Shown: positions 18,399-28,459, numbered from the stretch's first letter. The stretch is 64,000 bases of DNA from Candidatus Micrarchaeia archaeon (GCA_038871515.1 JAVZHX010000001.1:384001-448000); one strand, 5' to 3'. Translations and numbers: made by a program. Notes: generated from the sequence alone by a model not told the origin.

Positions 18399-18689
18399 AT
18401 GACTATGAGGCTCTCTCGGTTATATGGGATGGATATATACAGCGATACTGGAAAATACCTGGGAAGGGTTATTGATTTGATACTTGATTTGGAGAAGGGG
18501 GAAGTTGTGAGGATGACTATGCAGCCCCTTATGGCGGTTAGCAGGGAGGAAGCAAGAAGAATACTGAGAGAGGCGAGTGTGCTTTATAAGAATGTTAAAT
18601 CTGTTGAGGATGTGGTTGTTGTAACGAAAGGAACTGCTGCTGAGAAGCTTGCTGAACTTCCGGAAGAGGAGATAAGGGGTTATAGGTAA
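18399..18689 (+). CDS. PRC-barrel domain protein
   Basis: LSRLYGMDIYSDTGKYLGRVIDLILD...VKSVEDVVVV. Confidence 0.85.
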   Translation: MTMRLSRLYGMDIYSDTGKYLGRVIDLILDLEKGEVVRMTMQPLMAVSREEARRILREASVLYKNVKSVEDVVVVTKGTAAEKLAELPEEEIRGYR

Positions 18690-19283
18690 TCAACCCAAGT
18701 CAGCGTGCAGTTTCTTCAATTCCTCCTCACTTTTCTTATATCTCAGCATGAGCTCGTCTATTATTGAGTCTAGGAAAATCATTGTGGAGAGCTCAAAAAG
18801 AGTTCCAAGGGGAGTGAGTGGTTCGTGTTCCCCGCTGAGCTGCCTTGCCTCATAATCCCTTTTTGCTTCCTCTGGGCGCCTTCCTTTTATCTGAACGACA
18901 ACGTCTGAAAGTTTTCCAATTTCTGAGTTTGGGTCAGAGGTTATGCTGACAACCTTCACTCCTTTCTCCTTTGCAACTTTTGCTGCAACGACAACTGAAA
19001 TTGTTCTGCCAGAGCCTGAAACGAGGATGAGTAAATCGTCTTTTGAGAGCGCAGGGGTGATAACCTCGCCGAGAACGTAAACTGTGAAGCCTAGGTGCAT
19101 CAGCCGCATGCCGAATGCTTTTGCAACAAGCCCACTTCTTCCAGCCCCTCCAATAAATATTCTTTTTGCGTTTATTATTGAGTCAATGAACTGATCTATG
19201 CTTTTTCTGTCAATTTCCTTCAGCTGCTCTGCTATTTTTTGGGTGAGCTTTTCCATTCTTTTCTGTATCATTTTATCACTCAA
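18690..19283 (-). CDS. hxlB: 6-phospho-3-hexuloisomerase (SIS domain)
   Basis: GAGRSGLVAKAFGMRLMHLG, SGSGRT, PLGTLFE, HADL. Confidence 0.92.
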   Translation of the reverse strand: MSDKMIQKRMEKLTQKIAEQLKEIDRKSIDQFIDSIINAKRIFIGGAGRSGLVAKAFGMRLMHLGFTVYVLGEVITPALSKDDLLILVSGSGRTISVVVAAKVAKEKGVKVVSITSDPNSEIGKLSDVVVQIKGRRPEEAKRDYEARQLSGEHEPLTPLGTLFELSTMIFLDSIIDELMLRYKKSEEELKKLHADLG

Positions 19284-19358
19284 TTAGTTTTTGTTGGATG
19301 TGTTTATTAACCCATGCGAAGCGCATTGGATATTTATATTTTCTGTCTAATTAATATT

Positions 19359-20216
19359 ATGGAAAAATATCTTCTCGTAAGCCCAAACTGCGCTGATTTA
19401 TGTGCGCCGAATTTTGAAATAAAAAAGTTCCCTGATGGAGAGAATTATATTCGCATTCCAGAGGTTGAGAGGCTTGAGGGGAAGGATGTTGTGATTCTGC
19501 ATAGGTGCTATCCTGAGCAGGATTCGCGTTTGTTTCAGCTCTTCCATATTTTGGAAGTAGTAACCCCTTTGGCTGCGCGCGTAACAGCAATAGTTCCATA
19601 TCTTCCATATGCGAGGAAGGATGAGAAAGCTCAAAAAGGTGAGGTGAAGTCTGCAAGGTTGTTGTGCAAAATGCTTGCAGATGCAGGTGTTGATGAGCTG
19701 GTTACGTTTGACTGCCATTTCATACAGGAAGGGGAAGGGAGAATTAACTACGCTGGGTTGGATATAGATAACCGCTCGCTTGCTCCTGAGCTGCTTGAGT
19801 ATCTGAAGCCAAAGGTGAGAAATCCTGTTTTCATATCTCCTGATGTGGGAACTGCGTATATGGTGAAAAAAGTGGGCGGGGTGAGTATGGAGAAGAAGCT
19901 AGGTGACTACGTGCAAGGGCCAGTTATATTCAGGCAGATAATTGAGGAGAAGCTGGATTTTGATGTGAGCGGGAGGGATGTGGTATTGATAGATGATATG
20001 ATAATTGCTGGGGAGACAATGATAAGGGCGGCACAGGTTTGTAAGAAAGGGGGTGCGAAGAGAATTGTGTGCGCTGCTGTTCATGGGTTGCTTGTGAGCT
20101 GCGCGTTTGACAAGATACGGGCTGCGGGAGCGAAGGAAGTTGTTGTCAGCGACAGCATACCTGGGCCTGCGGCAGTTGTGAGCGTTAAGAGAAAGCTGAC
20201 TGATTATTTACCTTAA
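19359..20216 (+). CDS. prs: Ribose-phosphate pyrophosphokinase paralog with degenerate motifs
   Basis: FPDGE, PYLPYARKD, SPD, DDMIIAGET, HG. Confidence 0.8.
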   Translation: MEKYLLVSPNCADLCAPNFEIKKFPDGENYIRIPEVERLEGKDVVILHRCYPEQDSRLFQLFHILEVVTPLAARVTAIVPYLPYARKDEKAQKGEVKSARLLCKMLADAGVDELVTFDCHFIQEGEGRINYAGLDIDNRSLAPELLEYLKPKVRNPVFISPDVGTAYMVKKVGGVSMEKKLGDYVQGPVIFRQIIEEKLDFDVSGRDVVLIDDMIIAGETMIRAAQVCKKGGAKRIVCAAVHGLLVSCAFDKIRAAGAKEVVVSDSIPGPAAVVSVKRKLTDYLP

Positions 20217-20256
20217 TATATTTTTTCATTCCAATTAGTTATGTTGAAGTGGGAGG

Positions 20257-20892
20257 ATGGCTGAGGTTATACCTGCAATATTAGTGAAAAGCAGAGAGGA
20301 GTTGCTGGAGCATATAGAGAGGGTTAGGGGAAGTGTTTCAAAGGTGCATATAGATATGATGGATAATGAGTTTGTCCCAAATAAAACGATTGGGTTGGAA
20401 AGCATTGAGGAGTTGCCAAATGGTTTGTCATATGAGTTTCACTGGATGGTGAAAAACCCTGAGAGGTGGGTTGAAAAAGTGAGAGGGAAACACCTTCATC
20501 TGATTCATGTGGAAACAATAAACAAAAGGAGTTGGGAGGAGTTGAAGGAAATATGCGAAAAGGAAGGTTGCGAACTTGGGCTGGTGCTGAATCCAGAAAC
20601 AGGAGTGGAGAAGCTTGAGCAGTATGTAAAGGATGTTTCGCGCGTGCTTGTTATGGCAGTTCATCCTGGTTTTTATGGGCAGAAGTACATGCCAGAAGTT
20701 GAGGAGAAAATTCGTGCGCTCCGGGAGAGGTTTCCTGAGCTGGAAATAGAGGTGGATGGGGGAGTGAACCCAGAAACTGCAAGAAGGGCTTGCGGGGCTG
20801 GCGCAAACGTGCTTGCAGCTGCAAGCGCGGTGTATTCAGCGAAGAACCCAGGAGAAGCAATTGAAAAAATAAGGGCTGCGGGTGGTGAGTGA
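20257..20892 (+). CDS. rpe: Ribulose-phosphate 3-epimerase
   Basis: HIDMMD..FVPN, HWMV, LNPET, MAVHPGFYGQ, EVDGGVN. Confidence 0.93.
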   Translation: MAEVIPAILVKSREELLEHIERVRGSVSKVHIDMMDNEFVPNKTIGLESIEELPNGLSYEFHWMVKNPERWVEKVRGKHLHLIHVETINKRSWEELKEICEKEGCELGLVLNPETGVEKLEQYVKDVSRVLVMAVHPGFYGQKYMPEVEEKIRALRERFPELEIEVDGGVNPETARRACGAGANVLAAASAVYSAKNPGEAIEKIRAAGGE

Positions 20893-21800
20893 TGGTTGAG
20901 GATGCGGGAAAGCAGATGCTTCTTGAAGCTGCTCCGCCAGAGGTTGGGATGAAAAAGGTAACGGATTTGAGAAAGCTGTATTTGATTGCGAATAATATAA
21001 GAAAGGATGTTGTGAGAATGCTGCATGAAGCTAAATCTGGGCATCCTGCTGGTGCGATTGGGCTTGCGGACGTGTTCGCTGCGCTTTATTTCAACGTGCT
21101 AAACCATGATCCTAAAAATCCGGAGTGGCCAGGGAGGGATAGGCTTGTTCTCTCAAACGGGCATGTATGCCCTGTGATGTATGCAGCAATGGCAGAAGCT
21201 GGTTACTTTCCAAAGGAGGAGCTTATGACGCTGAGGAAGCTTGGCTCAAGGTTGCAGGGGCATCCACACAGAGGTTCGTTGCCTGGAGTTGAGAATAGTT
21301 CGGGTCCGCTTGGGCAGGGTTTGTCAATAGCTGTTGGGATGGCGATTGTTGCGAAGAGGGAGAGGAAGAGCTGGAGGGTTTACTGTGTTTGTTCTGATGG
21401 GGAGCAGGATGAGGGGCAGACGTGGGAGGCTGTTCTTCTTGCAGCAAAGTACAAGCTTGGGAATTTGACTGTGATAATGGATAGGAATAATATTCAGATT
21501 GATGGGTTCACTGAGGAGGTTCTTCCTCTTGAGCCGCTTGCTGAAAAATATAGGGCGTTCAACTGGCATGTGATAGAGGTTGATGGGCATAATATAAGGC
21601 AGATTATTGATGCGTGCAACGAGGCGAAGAGGGTGATTGACAGACCAACGATGATAATTGCGCATACAATTCCTGGCAAGGATGTTTCGTTTATGGAGTT
21701 TGTTGCCGATTGGCATGGGAAGCCTCCTGGGGATAAGGAAGCTACAACTGCGCTTGGTGATTTGGAGGAGGAGGGGAGGTTCTACGGGGGAGAGGAATGA
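20892..21800 (+). CDS. tktA: Transketolase, N-terminal (TPP-binding) subunit
   Basis: SGHP, DRLVLSNGH, LQGHP, GPLGQG, SDGEQDEG..WEA, WHG. Confidence 0.95.
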   Translation: MVEDAGKQMLLEAAPPEVGMKKVTDLRKLYLIANNIRKDVVRMLHEAKSGHPAGAIGLADVFAALYFNVLNHDPKNPEWPGRDRLVLSNGHVCPVMYAAMAEAGYFPKEELMTLRKLGSRLQGHPHRGSLPGVENSSGPLGQGLSIAVGMAIVAKRERKSWRVYCVCSDGEQDEGQTWEAVLLAAKYKLGNLTVIMDRNNIQIDGFTEEVLPLEPLAEKYRAFNWHVIEVDGHNIRQIIDACNEAKRVIDRPTMIIAHTIPGKDVSFMEFVADWHGKPPGDKEATTALGDLEEEGRFYGGEE

Positions 21801-22792
21801 GTTCAAAAATAAATAAAGAGATGGCGTTGATAGAGCCGATAGATGCGCCACAAGCGAAAAAAACAAGCAGGGAGGGGTTTGGGAAGGCGCTTGTTGAGCT
21901 GGGGATGGAAAACCCGAATGTTTGGGTGGTAACTGCAGACGTTTCAGAGAGCACAATGGCGCATTGGTTTGAGGAGAAGTTTCCAGAGAGGTTTGTTCAG
22001 GTTGGGGTTGCCGAGCAGAACCTTGCGGGAGTGGCTGCGGGAATTGCTTCTTGTGGGAAGGTTGTTTTCATCTCTGCTTACGGTGTTTTCTCTCCTGGGA
22101 GAAACTGGGATCAGGTGAGGGTGGCGATATGTTATAATGATGTGCCCGTGAAGCTTCATGGCTCACATACTGGGGTGACTGTTGGGCCGGATGGAGCATC
22201 TCACCAGGCGCTTGAGGATATTGCGATTACGAGGGTTCTTCCAAATATGACTGTGGTTGTGCCGGCTGATGCGGAGGAGGCGAGGAAAGCAACAATTGAG
22301 GTTGCGAAGTTGAAGGGTGCTGCGTATATAAGGACGTGCAGGGAGAAGATGCCTGTTTTCACAACTGCGGCAACACCGTTCAAAATAGGAAAGGCGAATG
22401 TTTACAGATTTGGTGATGATGTTGCAATTTTTGCGTGCGGTCCTGTTGTTTATGAATCCATCCTTGCAGCTGAGAAGCTTGAGAGGGAGGGAATTTCGTG
22501 CGCTGTTGTTGACTGCCACACAGTGAAACCAATCGATGTTGAAGCTGTAGAGTATTGGGCTGGGAAAACGAAGTTTATTGTGAGTGTTGAGGAGCATCAG
22601 GTGAGCGGTGGATTGGGGGGAGCAATTGCAGAAGTTTTGAGCGAGTTCAAGGGTGAGTGTGCGCTCAAGCGCCATGGAATAAGGGATACTTTCTGCGAGT
22701 CAGGCACTGCATTGGAGTTATTGAAAAAGTATGGGTTGGATGCTGATGGAATAGCGCAGTTTGTGCGCGAGAGTTATGAGGTGAGAGAATGA
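21797..22792 (+). CDS. Transketolase, C-terminal subunit
   Basis: [27 protein letters not shown]. Confidence 0.95.
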   Translation: MSSKINKEMALIEPIDAPQAKKTSREGFGKALVELGMENPNVWVVTADVSESTMAHWFEEKFPERFVQVGVAEQNLAGVAAGIASCGKVVFISAYGVFSPGRNWDQVRVAICYNDVPVKLHGSHTGVTVGPDGASHQALEDIAITRVLPNMTVVVPADAEEARKATIEVAKLKGAAYIRTCREKMPVFTTAATPFKIGKANVYRFGDDVAIFACGPVVYESILAAEKLEREGISCAVVDCHTVKPIDVEAVEYWAGKTKFIVSVEEHQVSGGLGGAIAEVLSEFKGECALKRHGIRDTFCESGTALELLKKYGLDADGIAQFVRESYEVRE

Positions 22793-23436
22793 AATTCTTT
22801 CTTGATACGGCAAATGTTGAGCAGATAAAAAGAGGGGTGGAAGCGGGTGTTGTTGATGGGGTTACAACAAACCCAACGCTGATTGCAAAGGAGGGGAGAA
22901 GCCAGAAAGAGTTGATAAAGGAGATAGCTGCAATTGTGAAAGGTCCTATCTCTGTTGAGGGGAATGGGGTTACTTGCGAGGAGCTTGTGAGGGAAGCGGA
23001 AGTTTATGCGAAGTGGGCGCCAAACATAGTTGTGAAAATTCCTATGACTGAGGAGGGAATTAAAGCGGTGAGAATTCTTGAGAAGAAGGGAATAAGGACG
23101 AATGTGACGCTTGTTTTCAGCGCAAGCCAGGCGCTGATTGCCGCAAAGGCAGGCGCAAGCTTTGTCTCTCCTTTCATAGGGAGGTTGGATGATAATTCAA
23201 TGAATGGAATGGAGTTGGTGAGAGAGATAATGCAGATTTATAGGAATTATGGGTTTAAGACAGAGGTGATAGTTGCAAGCATACGCCATCCCCTTCATGT
23301 GGTTGAGGCAGCAAAAGCAGGTGCGCCAATTGCAACGATACCACCAGATGTGCTGGCTAAAATGTGGAATCATCCTTTAACTGATGTTGGAATAAAGAAG
23401 TTCAGGGAGGATTTTGCTAAAACAGAAAAGAAATAG
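22789..23436 (+). CDS. tal: Transaldolase (Fsa/TalC family)
   Basis: [43 protein letters not shown]. Confidence 0.95.
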   Translation: MKFFLDTANVEQIKRGVEAGVVDGVTTNPTLIAKEGRSQKELIKEIAAIVKGPISVEGNGVTCEELVREAEVYAKWAPNIVVKIPMTEEGIKAVRILEKKGIRTNVTLVFSASQALIAAKAGASFVSPFIGRLDDNSMNGMELVREIMQIYRNYGFKTEVIVASIRHPLHVVEAAKAGAPIATIPPDVLAKMWNHPLTDVGIKKFREDFAKTEKK

Positions 23437-24309
23437 TTAAAGAAACTTCTTTATTGATTCTGTTATATCTATTTTTGAAACTGATGTTGGTATTGAGTTG
23501 CTCACAATAATTTCCTTTGCGCCAGCTTCTTTTAATTTTCTCAGCGAGTCGCTTAAAAATAAACCGTGGGAAGCACCGCAGCGAATTGATTTTGCTCCAA
23601 GTTTTTTGCATGCTTCAACTGCTTTCAGCATGGTGCTTCCAGTGCTTATCATATCATCAACAATCACAACGTCTCTTCCTCTTACGTTTAAAGTGAATTC
23701 AACTTCTGGTTTTCTGTAGATTGTGCTTCCTCCACTGTAAGCTCCTCTTCTCTTTTTCATCACTCCTGCATCCTTCTCCTTTGCAACGAGGTAGGATGCG
23801 CCCTCGTCTGGCGAGATTATTTTTGGTGAGTGAAGTTTGTTTTTGAAGTAGGAGAGAATTTGTTTTGAGAGGGAGAGGTTGTTTATTCTCAAACCACCGT
23901 AGTTGAAAACTCCTTGTTTTTTCAGAAAGTGGCAGTCAAAAGTTATCAGCTCGTCGCATCCGCTTGCTTTTATCAGACTGCAAACTATTTCTGAGCTCAA
24001 AGCTTCTCCCTTCATAAAAAGCTTATCCTGTCTTGCGTATGGAAGGTATGGGATGACTGCTTGCACGCGGGAGGCGCCCATTGTTTTTAGAGTTTTCAGT
24101 ATAAGGAGAAGTTGAATGAGGGATTTATCCTGCTCTGGGTAGCATCTGTGGAAAAGAAGTATCTGTTTTCCATCAACTTCTTCAGGTATTCTCACGTAAT
24201 TCTCGCCGTCAGGAAACTGCTTGATTATAATTTTTTGTGGGGAGGGGAGCTTCTTTGCAAAGTCGTAAGAATTAGGGGTGAGGAGAATTTGCTTCATAGT
24301 TATACTCAC
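23437..24309 (-). CDS. prs: Ribose-phosphate pyrophosphokinase
   Basis: FPDGE, PYLPYARQD, SPDEGA, KKRR, VDDMISTGST. Confidence 0.9.
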   Translation of the reverse strand: MSITMKQILLTPNSYDFAKKLPSPQKIIIKQFPDGENYVRIPEEVDGKQILLFHRCYPEQDKSLIQLLLILKTLKTMGASRVQAVIPYLPYARQDKLFMKGEALSSEIVCSLIKASGCDELITFDCHFLKKQGVFNYGGLRINNLSLSKQILSYFKNKLHSPKIISPDEGASYLVAKEKDAGVMKKRRGAYSGGSTIYRKPEVEFTLNVRGRDVVIVDDMISTGSTMLKAVEACKKLGAKSIRCGASHGLFLSDSLRKLKEAGAKEIIVSNSIPTSVSKIDITESIKKFL

Positions 24310-24327
24310 TTTGTTTTAAATAATATT

Positions 24328-24549
24328 TCATTCGCCTGTTGCTGTCTCGCCAACAAGCTCGTCCCACTCAACCTTTTTTATAACAACTGTTTTCTTCTTT
24401 GGGTCGAGTTTTATAACAACTGCATCCTTCTCATTAAGTGGAAAATTCGGGTTTTTGATTACTTCTGTTGGAAAGTAGATGTGAAGCCCGCTTCCCTGCC
24501 TTCTCACCTTGCTGAGGAAATGCTCTTCCTTCTCCACTGCTACCACCAA
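24328..24549 (-). CDS. AbrB/MazE-like DNA-binding protein
   Basis: KVRRQGSGLHIYFP...VVIKLD...VVIKK. Confidence 0.75.
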   Translation of the reverse strand: MVVAVEKEEHFLSKVRRQGSGLHIYFPTEVIKNPNFPLNEKDAVVIKLDPKKKTVVIKKVEWDELVGETATGE

Positions 24550-24585
24550 TCTAATTTGGGAGTGGTGTTATATAAAGCTTCGTTT

Positions 24586-25032
24586 CTAAAGCAAAAGCTC
24601 TCTTGCCTCAAACGCCATTTCGCAGAAGAAGCAACGGTATTTTGTTTCCGCGTGGTTTTCCATTTTGAAAATTGTTTCAATGGGTTCAAAGTTAGTTATG
24701 CATTGTGGGTTGGGGCATTTGGAAACTCCGTGAAGCTCCTTTGGAAGCTGAACAATTTTCTTCTCAACAACTTCTGAGTTTTTTATTATATTGAGAGTTG
24801 CATTTGGCGCGATTAAAGCTATTTTATTGACTGCTTTGTCATCAAGTGTTTTCCCTTCAACCTTCACTATGTCTTTCTTTCCAATTTTTTTGCTTGGGAC
24901 GTTCATCATAAGAGCAACGCGTGCTCCGTAGTTTCTGTCAATTTTCAGTATTTCCAGAACTTTTAAGCCCAATCCTGCGGGTATGTGGTCAATCACAGTT
25001 CCATTCTCAAGTTTTTCAACTACAAGAGGCAT
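24586..25032 (-). CDS. pyrI: Aspartate carbamoyltransferase regulatory subunit
   Basis: GTVIDHIPAG, KDIVKVE, CPNPQCIT, CFFCE. Confidence 0.95.
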   Translation of the reverse strand: MPLVVEKLENGTVIDHIPAGLGLKVLEILKIDRNYGARVALMMNVPSKKIGKKDIVKVEGKTLDDKAVNKIALIAPNATLNIIKNSEVVEKKIVQLPKELHGVSKCPNPQCITNFEPIETIFKMENHAETKYRCFFCEMAFEARELLL

Positions 25033-25946
25033 CAAACCACCATTGTATCCATTATCGCCATTCTCACAGGTATTCCCATTTTTGCTTGCTCGAAGTAATA
25101 CGCGTGCTTGCTGCTGTCAACCTCTGGGGCTACTTCATCAACTTTTGGGAGCGGGTGCAGTATTATCATATCCCCCTTCGCTCCCTTTATTGTTTCCCCA
25201 GTTATCCTGAACTCCTTCTGAACTTTCTCCGCTTCATACTGGTCTGAGAAGCGCTCCTTCTGAATTCTGCATAGGTATAAAACATCTGTGTTGGAAAGTT
25301 CAATGGTTGATTTCTCTTTAACGTTTGCATTGAATTTCTTTTTCACTTCCTCTATAACCTCTCTGTTCATCTCAAGCCCTTTTGGCGCAACCAATTCAAC
25401 GTTTGCTCCGTACATCGCAAGCCCGTAAAGTAAGGAGCGCATCGTCCTTGCATGCTTTAAATCACCAAGTAAGGTAACATTGAGCCCTTCAATTTTTTTC
25501 TTTGCTCTTTTTATTGTGTATAAGTCAAGCAGCGTCTGCGTTGGGTGCTGGTTTCCTCCGTCACCGCCGTTTATCACTGGGTGCTCGGCAAGCTGGGCAG
25601 CGTAGCGTGCTGAGCCCTCTTTTGAGTGTCTTATAATTATTAAATCAGAGTAGCCATCAACCATCCTTATTGTGTCTGAGAATGTTTCCCCTTTCACTAT
25701 GGAGCTTGCCCCAATGTCCTCAAAGCTCAGCACCTTGGCGCCAAGCCTCATTGCAGCTGATTGAAAAGATAATCTGGTTCTTGTGCTGGGTTCAAAGAAG
25801 AGGGTTGCTACAACTTTTCCTTTAAGTGAGTTGAGCTGCTTTCCGGTTTTCAGCGCTTGCTCCATCTGCGAGGATTTTTTCAAAATCAGGTCAATGTGTT
25901 TCTTTTCCAAATCGCGTATAGAAATAAGGTCCTTCACAAATTGCAT
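25032..25946 (-). CDS. pyrB: Aspartate carbamoyltransferase catalytic subunit
   Basis: FFEPSTRTRLSF, HPTQTLLD, RIQKER, LHPLP. Confidence 0.97.
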   Translation of the reverse strand: MQFVKDLISIRDLEKKHIDLILKKSSQMEQALKTGKQLNSLKGKVVATLFFEPSTRTRLSFQSAAMRLGAKVLSFEDIGASSIVKGETFSDTIRMVDGYSDLIIIRHSKEGSARYAAQLAEHPVINGGDGGNQHPTQTLLDLYTIKRAKKKIEGLNVTLLGDLKHARTMRSLLYGLAMYGANVELVAPKGLEMNREVIEEVKKKFNANVKEKSTIELSNTDVLYLCRIQKERFSDQYEAEKVQKEFRITGETIKGAKGDMIILHPLPKVDEVAPEVDSSKHAYYFEQAKMGIPVRMAIMDTMVV

Positions 25947-25999
25947 TTAACCCAAGGGAGTTATTTAAAAACTCAAAGTATATAAATTTGTTGGTTTGT

Positions 26000-26605
26000 A
26001 TGAGGGGGAAGTTAGTCTGTTTTGAGGGAATTGATGGGGCTGGGAAGGAGACGCAGGTAAAGCTGTTGCTGAAGTTTCTGAGAGGGAAGGCAGTTGTTTT
26101 CAAATATCCGGATGCGAAAAGCGCGTTTGGGAGGGTGATTGATGCTTTTCTGAAAAGAAAGGTTGAGCTGAATCCTTTTTCGCAGTTTTTAATATACTTG
26201 ATGGATATTGCAAAGGATCAGAGGAGAGTTGAGGAGGAGGTTGCAAGAGGGAGTGTTGTTATACTGAACAGGTATGTTTTCTCAACGGTTGCATATCAGT
26301 GCAGCAAGGGAGTTTCTTTCAAGAAAGGAGTTGAGATGGTGGAAAGTATGAATCTTTTGAAACCGGATTTGGTTGTTCTGCTTGATGTTTCACCTGAAGT
26401 TTCAAGGGAGAGGAAGAGGAGGCAGAAGAGGATGGATAGGCATGAGGCAGATGCGGAGTTGTTGGGGAAGGTGAGAGGTAATTATCTGAAGTTGATGAGG
26501 AGAAGGTTTCTCGCAAGGAAATGGGTGAGGGTGAATGCTGAAAGAGAACCTGAAAAGGTGTCTGAGGATGTGAAAGGTTTAATAGTTCAGCTTCTTAAAA
26601 AGTAG
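26000..26605 (+). CDS. tmk: Thymidylate kinase
   Basis: FEGIDGAGKETQ, NRYVFSTVAYQ, KPDLVVLLD. Confidence 0.9.
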   Translation: MRGKLVCFEGIDGAGKETQVKLLLKFLRGKAVVFKYPDAKSAFGRVIDAFLKRKVELNPFSQFLIYLMDIAKDQRRVEEEVARGSVVILNRYVFSTVAYQCSKGVSFKKGVEMVESMNLLKPDLVVLLDVSPEVSRERKRRQKRMDRHEADAELLGKVRGNYLKLMRRRFLARKWVRVNAEREPEKVSEDVKGLIVQLLKK

Positions 26606-26610
26606 TTCTC

Positions 26611-26700
26611 GCTCCAGTCGTCTAGTCCGGTCAAGGATCCCGGCCTTTCGTGCTTGCGCGAGGAAAGCCGGCGACCCGGGTTCAAATCCCGGCTGGAGCA
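26611..26700 (+). tRNA. tRNA-Glu(UUC) with a 15-nt intron at canonical position 37/38 (26651-26665)
   Basis: Acceptor GCTCCAG/CTGGAGC; anticodon stem CCGGC/GCCGG around CT-TTC-G; T arm CCGGG TTCAAAT CCCGG; BHB foldable; CCA not encoded. Confidence 0.93.
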
Positions 26701-26723
26701 CTTCTGAAAGAACAATTGCTCCA

Positions 26724-27653
26724 TCATTTTTCTTCTGCGTTAAAAATGTCATTTCTCACAAAAGTTTTTCCATTGAAAGCAATCGGAATTGCCTCTCCAA
26801 ACATGTTCTCTGCATGAATGTGCAGATGCGGCTCGGTTGTTCTTCCCGAGTTGCCTATTCTTCCTAGGGGCTGTCCAGTTGTAATTAACTCTCCTTCAGA
26901 AACAAGCAGACTTCCTTTTTTAAAATGACAAATGTGAACGCTTACTCCAGAACAATCCAGAATAACATAATTCCCTTCAGGTTCTCTCTCATTTCTTTGC
27001 ATAATTGGCATATCCTCTGAGAGATTATTTATCTTAGAAACAACTCCGTTGCATGGTGCGTAAACCATTTCATCAAAAATATAGTAATCATACAAGTTGT
27101 CTGAGAGAAGTCCTTTTCCCCTAAATCCAAAAGAATCTATTTTGATTATGTCATACGCGTATTTCTGTGATTTGGATGTGTGAGTATTTAATGCGGTATT
27201 GCTTCCTGCTTGTGAAAAAAAGTATTGGCCTCCTTTAAAAGGAAATTGAAGTTGCACTGCTTCTATGGGATAGAACTGCGCTCGGAAGCATGTGATAGCA
27301 GTTAGCAAAAATAAAACTGCCATTACCAGCAAACAGCCATAATAAAGGTAATCTTTTATTCCAGCTTTCTTGAATAAAGGAATTGTTTTTGATTTGGTAA
27401 TCCTTAGTTTTTGAAAGGAATAAATGCTGGCAATCAAAAACAGTATTGGAAAGATGTATCTTAGATAATAATTGAGTATAGCCCAGGGAAGTAAAAAATA
27501 AATCCAAATGAAAAATGAGGCACTGAAAATAAAGCGCACAATCCAATCAAATTTTGATTTGTTTTTACCGAAAATTTGCCAGAGGATGAGTAAAAGCGGT
27601 AGAAGTAGTGACAGATAAAATTGAGCGAGTTCAAACGCAGCGGTAAAATTCAT
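26724..27653 (-). CDS. Membrane-anchored M23 family metallopeptidase
   Basis: N-terminal TMs; H...AYD, APCNG, GNYV, HFKKGS, IGNSGRTTEPHLH. Confidence 0.88.
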   Translation of the reverse strand: MNFTAAFELAQFYLSLLLPLLLILWQIFGKNKSKFDWIVRFIFSASFFIWIYFLLPWAILNYYLRYIFPILFLIASIYSFQKLRITKSKTIPLFKKAGIKDYLYYGCLLVMAVLFLLTAITCFRAQFYPIEAVQLQFPFKGGQYFFSQAGSNTALNTHTSKSQKYAYDIIKIDSFGFRGKGLLSDNLYDYYIFDEMVYAPCNGVVSKINNLSEDMPIMQRNEREPEGNYVILDCSGVSVHICHFKKGSLLVSEGELITTGQPLGRIGNSGRTTEPHLHIHAENMFGEAIPIAFNGKTFVRNDIFNAEEK

Positions 27654-27715
27654 ATCAAATAATAAATCAGAAGAAGGTATAAAAGGGTATGGATTATTGT
27701 GGTGTGGGTATAGTT

Positions 27716-28405
27716 TTAGCGGGCAGCTGATGAACTGGTATGCTCAAAAGTATTGATTAAATCAACCAACTCAGAAAGGTTGTTTATTAAATAATCTGGT
27801 TTCTCCTTCTCCAATATTCTTCTTTTCTGCGGTCCTGTTATCACACAAGCGATTTTCACTCCTGCGTTTTTTGCAAATTGTATATCCGTGATTGTATCTC
27901 CAATGTATAGAACTCTGGTTTTGTTGATGCCCATTTTTTTAATTGTTAATTTCAATGCTTCTGGATGTGGGCGTGGTTTTGTAACATCCTCAAACGCAAC
28001 TAGAATTGGGAAGTATTTTAAAATTTTGAAGTGCTCAAGAAGGAGAACTGCTTCCCTTCTCTCCATACCTGTCTGGCAGGCAGTTTTAATTCCTTTTTTG
28101 TTTAACTCTTTCAAGCACTCCTCTGCGTAGGGAAGGAGTTGAAATTTGTTTAAAAACTCATGGGGGTATCTGGCTTCAAACTGCTCGTAGCATTTTTTAA
28201 TTAATAAGTCAGCATTCTCCTTGCAGAGAGGGGGGATGATTTTTCTGAAAATGTTCCGGTGTCCTACTCCAAAGTGAATGAATATTTTTTCATCCGGGGG
28301 AGGGGTGAGTTTATTTTCAAGCAGAGTTTGTTTTATTGCTGAAAGCAGAGCATCCTCAGTTCTTATAAGAGTTCCACCTATGTCAAAGATGCAACCCTGA
28401 ATCAT
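27716..28405 (-). CDS. HAD superfamily hydrolase
   Basis: IFDIGGTL, KPRPHP, YIGDTITD; start trimmed relative to the ORF track. Confidence 0.88.
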   Translation of the reverse strand: MIQGCIFDIGGTLIRTEDALLSAIKQTLLENKLTPPPDEKIFIHFGVGHRNIFRKIIPPLCKENADLLIKKCYEQFEARYPHEFLNKFQLLPYAEECLKELNKKGIKTACQTGMERREAVLLLEHFKILKYFPILVAFEDVTKPRPHPEALKLTIKKMGINKTRVLYIGDTITDIQFAKNAGVKIACVITGPQKRRILEKEKPDYLINNLSELVDLINTFEHTSSSAAR

Positions 28406-28459
28406 ATTTTTACTTTTCTTTCGGAAAGTATTAAATTTTATAATTGGCAATCTGTTATT

